Below are positions 62,866-64,000 of a stretch of 64,000 nucleotides of DNA, piece after piece. The DNA is taken from positions 128,001 to 192,000 of the forward strand of contig CBDCTZ010000016.1 in the NCBI GenBank assembly GCA_965222375.1. Reading direction: 5' to 3'. The stretch is from Polyangiaceae bacterium. GTDB taxonomy: Bacteria > Myxococcota_A > Polyangia > Polyangiales > Polyangiaceae. Numbering within the stretch: position 1 is the stretch's first letter; every line of letters begins with the position of its first letter. Made by a program: the position numbers and the translations under genes. Under the pieces are notes generated by a model. That model saw only the letters and a list, made by a program, of their open reading frames with translations, was not told the DNA's origin and did no database searches.

Positions 62866-63639
62866 ATGCGGGGCATGCTGACGATGTTGGGTGCAGTGGC
62901 GGTGGTGCCGCTGATGATAGTGGCTTGCGGTGGTGACTCGGACGATGACGGGAGCGGTGGTTCCGGCGGATCGCTCTTGGGTGGCGCGGCTGGCATGTCC
63001 GGCAGTGGCGGCGGTGGCACCGGCGGCACGGCTGGCGGCAGCGGCGGCACGGCTGGCGGCAGCGGCGGCAGCGGTGGCGTGATCAACAACGAGTGCAGTC
63101 CGATCCCCTCCAAGACACCGGCTACGGACGGTGGCGCCTCCGATGCGGGAGGCACAGACGCCAGCGCCGACGCTGGAAGCAGCGATGCGAGCACGAGTGA
63201 CGCTGCGGTCACGGATGCCGGTCCCGGCCCGGACTCGGGCGCGGGCGATTCGGGTACCGGTGGCGCACCGGGTGACGGTGGTGCACCGACGATTCAATGT
63301 GGAGCGCAGTCCTGCACGGGTCTGAGCATCGCCGGAAACGTCATCAACCCCTGCTGCACCGTTGACGGCTGCGGTATGGATCTGCCCCAGTCCGTTGCCG
63401 GCCTGATCGGCATGGCGCCAGGCTGCTACGGAGTTGGTCAGGCGGGCGGCGCAGACGCGACATGTCCAATGTTCTCGGTTGCCAACCCCCTCGGCGGTGG
63501 GAACATCGACTTCCCTGGCTGCTGCCAGCCCGATGGCGAATGCGGCTTCGTCATCGATACGTCTGGTTTTGGTGGCCCCAATCTCGGTTGCGTTTCCCAG
63601 GAGTGCAACGGCGGTCCCGCCAAGACCTGCACGCCCTGA
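62866..63639 (+). CDS. Cys-rich lipoprotein, paralog 3 of 3
   Basis: GGAGG RBS; IVAC lipobox; Gly and DAG linkers; FPGCC domain. Confidence 0.85.
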   Translation: MRGMLTMLGAVAVVPLMIVACGGDSDDDGSGGSGGSLLGGAAGMSGSGGGGTGGTAGGSGGTAGGSGGSGGVINNECSPIPSKTPATDGGASDAGGTDASADAGSSDASTSDAAVTDAGPGPDSGAGDSGTGGAPGDGGAPTIQCGAQSCTGLSIAGNVINPCCTVDGCGMDLPQSVAGLIGMAPGCYGVGQAGGADATCPMFSVANPLGGGNIDFPGCCQPDGECGFVIDTSGFGGPNLGCVSQECNGGPAKTCTP

Positions 63640-63872
63640 TCCGCGCCTCCGGCGCTCGTTCCTACAACTGGCCCCAGGGACGTTTGCCCCTGCGGGTCGG
63701 GGACCCGCACGGGCCGCGACGGCCCAGTCCCCCCAACCTCCAGGGGTTGAAACCGGCGCCAATGGATTTACCTTGTTTGGTACCGGCGCAAAGTTCGTGC
63801 CCGGCAGTTGCGACCGAATAGGCTCGGGTCAACTGCCGCAGGACGTTGGTACGCGCTCGCAAGGGGACTGTC

Positions 63873-64000
63873 ATGCGTATGGATCGACTCACCACCAAAA
63901 GCCAAGAAGCTCTCCGCAGCGCCGTCGATGACGCGGTCCGGCGCGGCAATCCGGAAGTCATCCCGGAGCACATCTTAGTTGCGGTCCTGACCCAGAGTGA
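63873..64000 (+). CDS. clpB: ClpB chaperone, 5' end only
   Basis: MRMDRLTTKSQEALRSA...GNPEVIPEHILVAVL Clp N-domain; AGGGGA RBS. Confidence 0.85.
   Translation, partial: MRMDRLTTKSQEALRSAVDDAVRRGNPEVIPEHILVAVLTQS

Noticed and set aside
63747..63773. Sigma32-like promoter upstream of clpB (TTGAAA-N14-TTTACCT)
   Set aside because: The -35 fits but the -10 is too far from CCCCAT to call.

Overview
A 64-kb, GC-rich bacterial chromosomal segment. The abundant Gly-linker/Cys-rich lipoproteins, DUF4388 response regulator, vWA and choice-of-anchor-L lipoproteins and Hanks kinase point to Myxococcota, probably Polyangia (inference). It is mostly core genome: aspS, rimI-pyrK-pyrD, folE-like, SRP RNA, pccB, KamA-like, pyrH, ccmF, dnaN-recF-gyrB and the start of clpB. 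No CRISPR array, rRNA, tRNA, transposase or prophage was seen. Highlights: (1) a probable oriC (DnaA-box array, DnaA-trios, AT-rich unwinding element) directly upstream of dnaN with no dnaA in the window; (2) a 571-aa intein in the TOPRIM motif of GyrB carrying a LAGLIDADG endonuclease and an XRE-like HTH; (3) a 52-bp duplicated kinase 3' end flanking a truncated gene, resembling an integration scar; (4) a PLP enzyme with a twin-arginine lipoprotein signal; (5) a FolE-like protein with altered phosphate-binding residues in a MerR-led operon; (6) a stripped-down chemosensory cluster; (7) three tandem paralogous 12-Cys lipoproteins. All calls come from motif recognition by eye, with no database searches. 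Several start codons were re-chosen relative to the ORF track.
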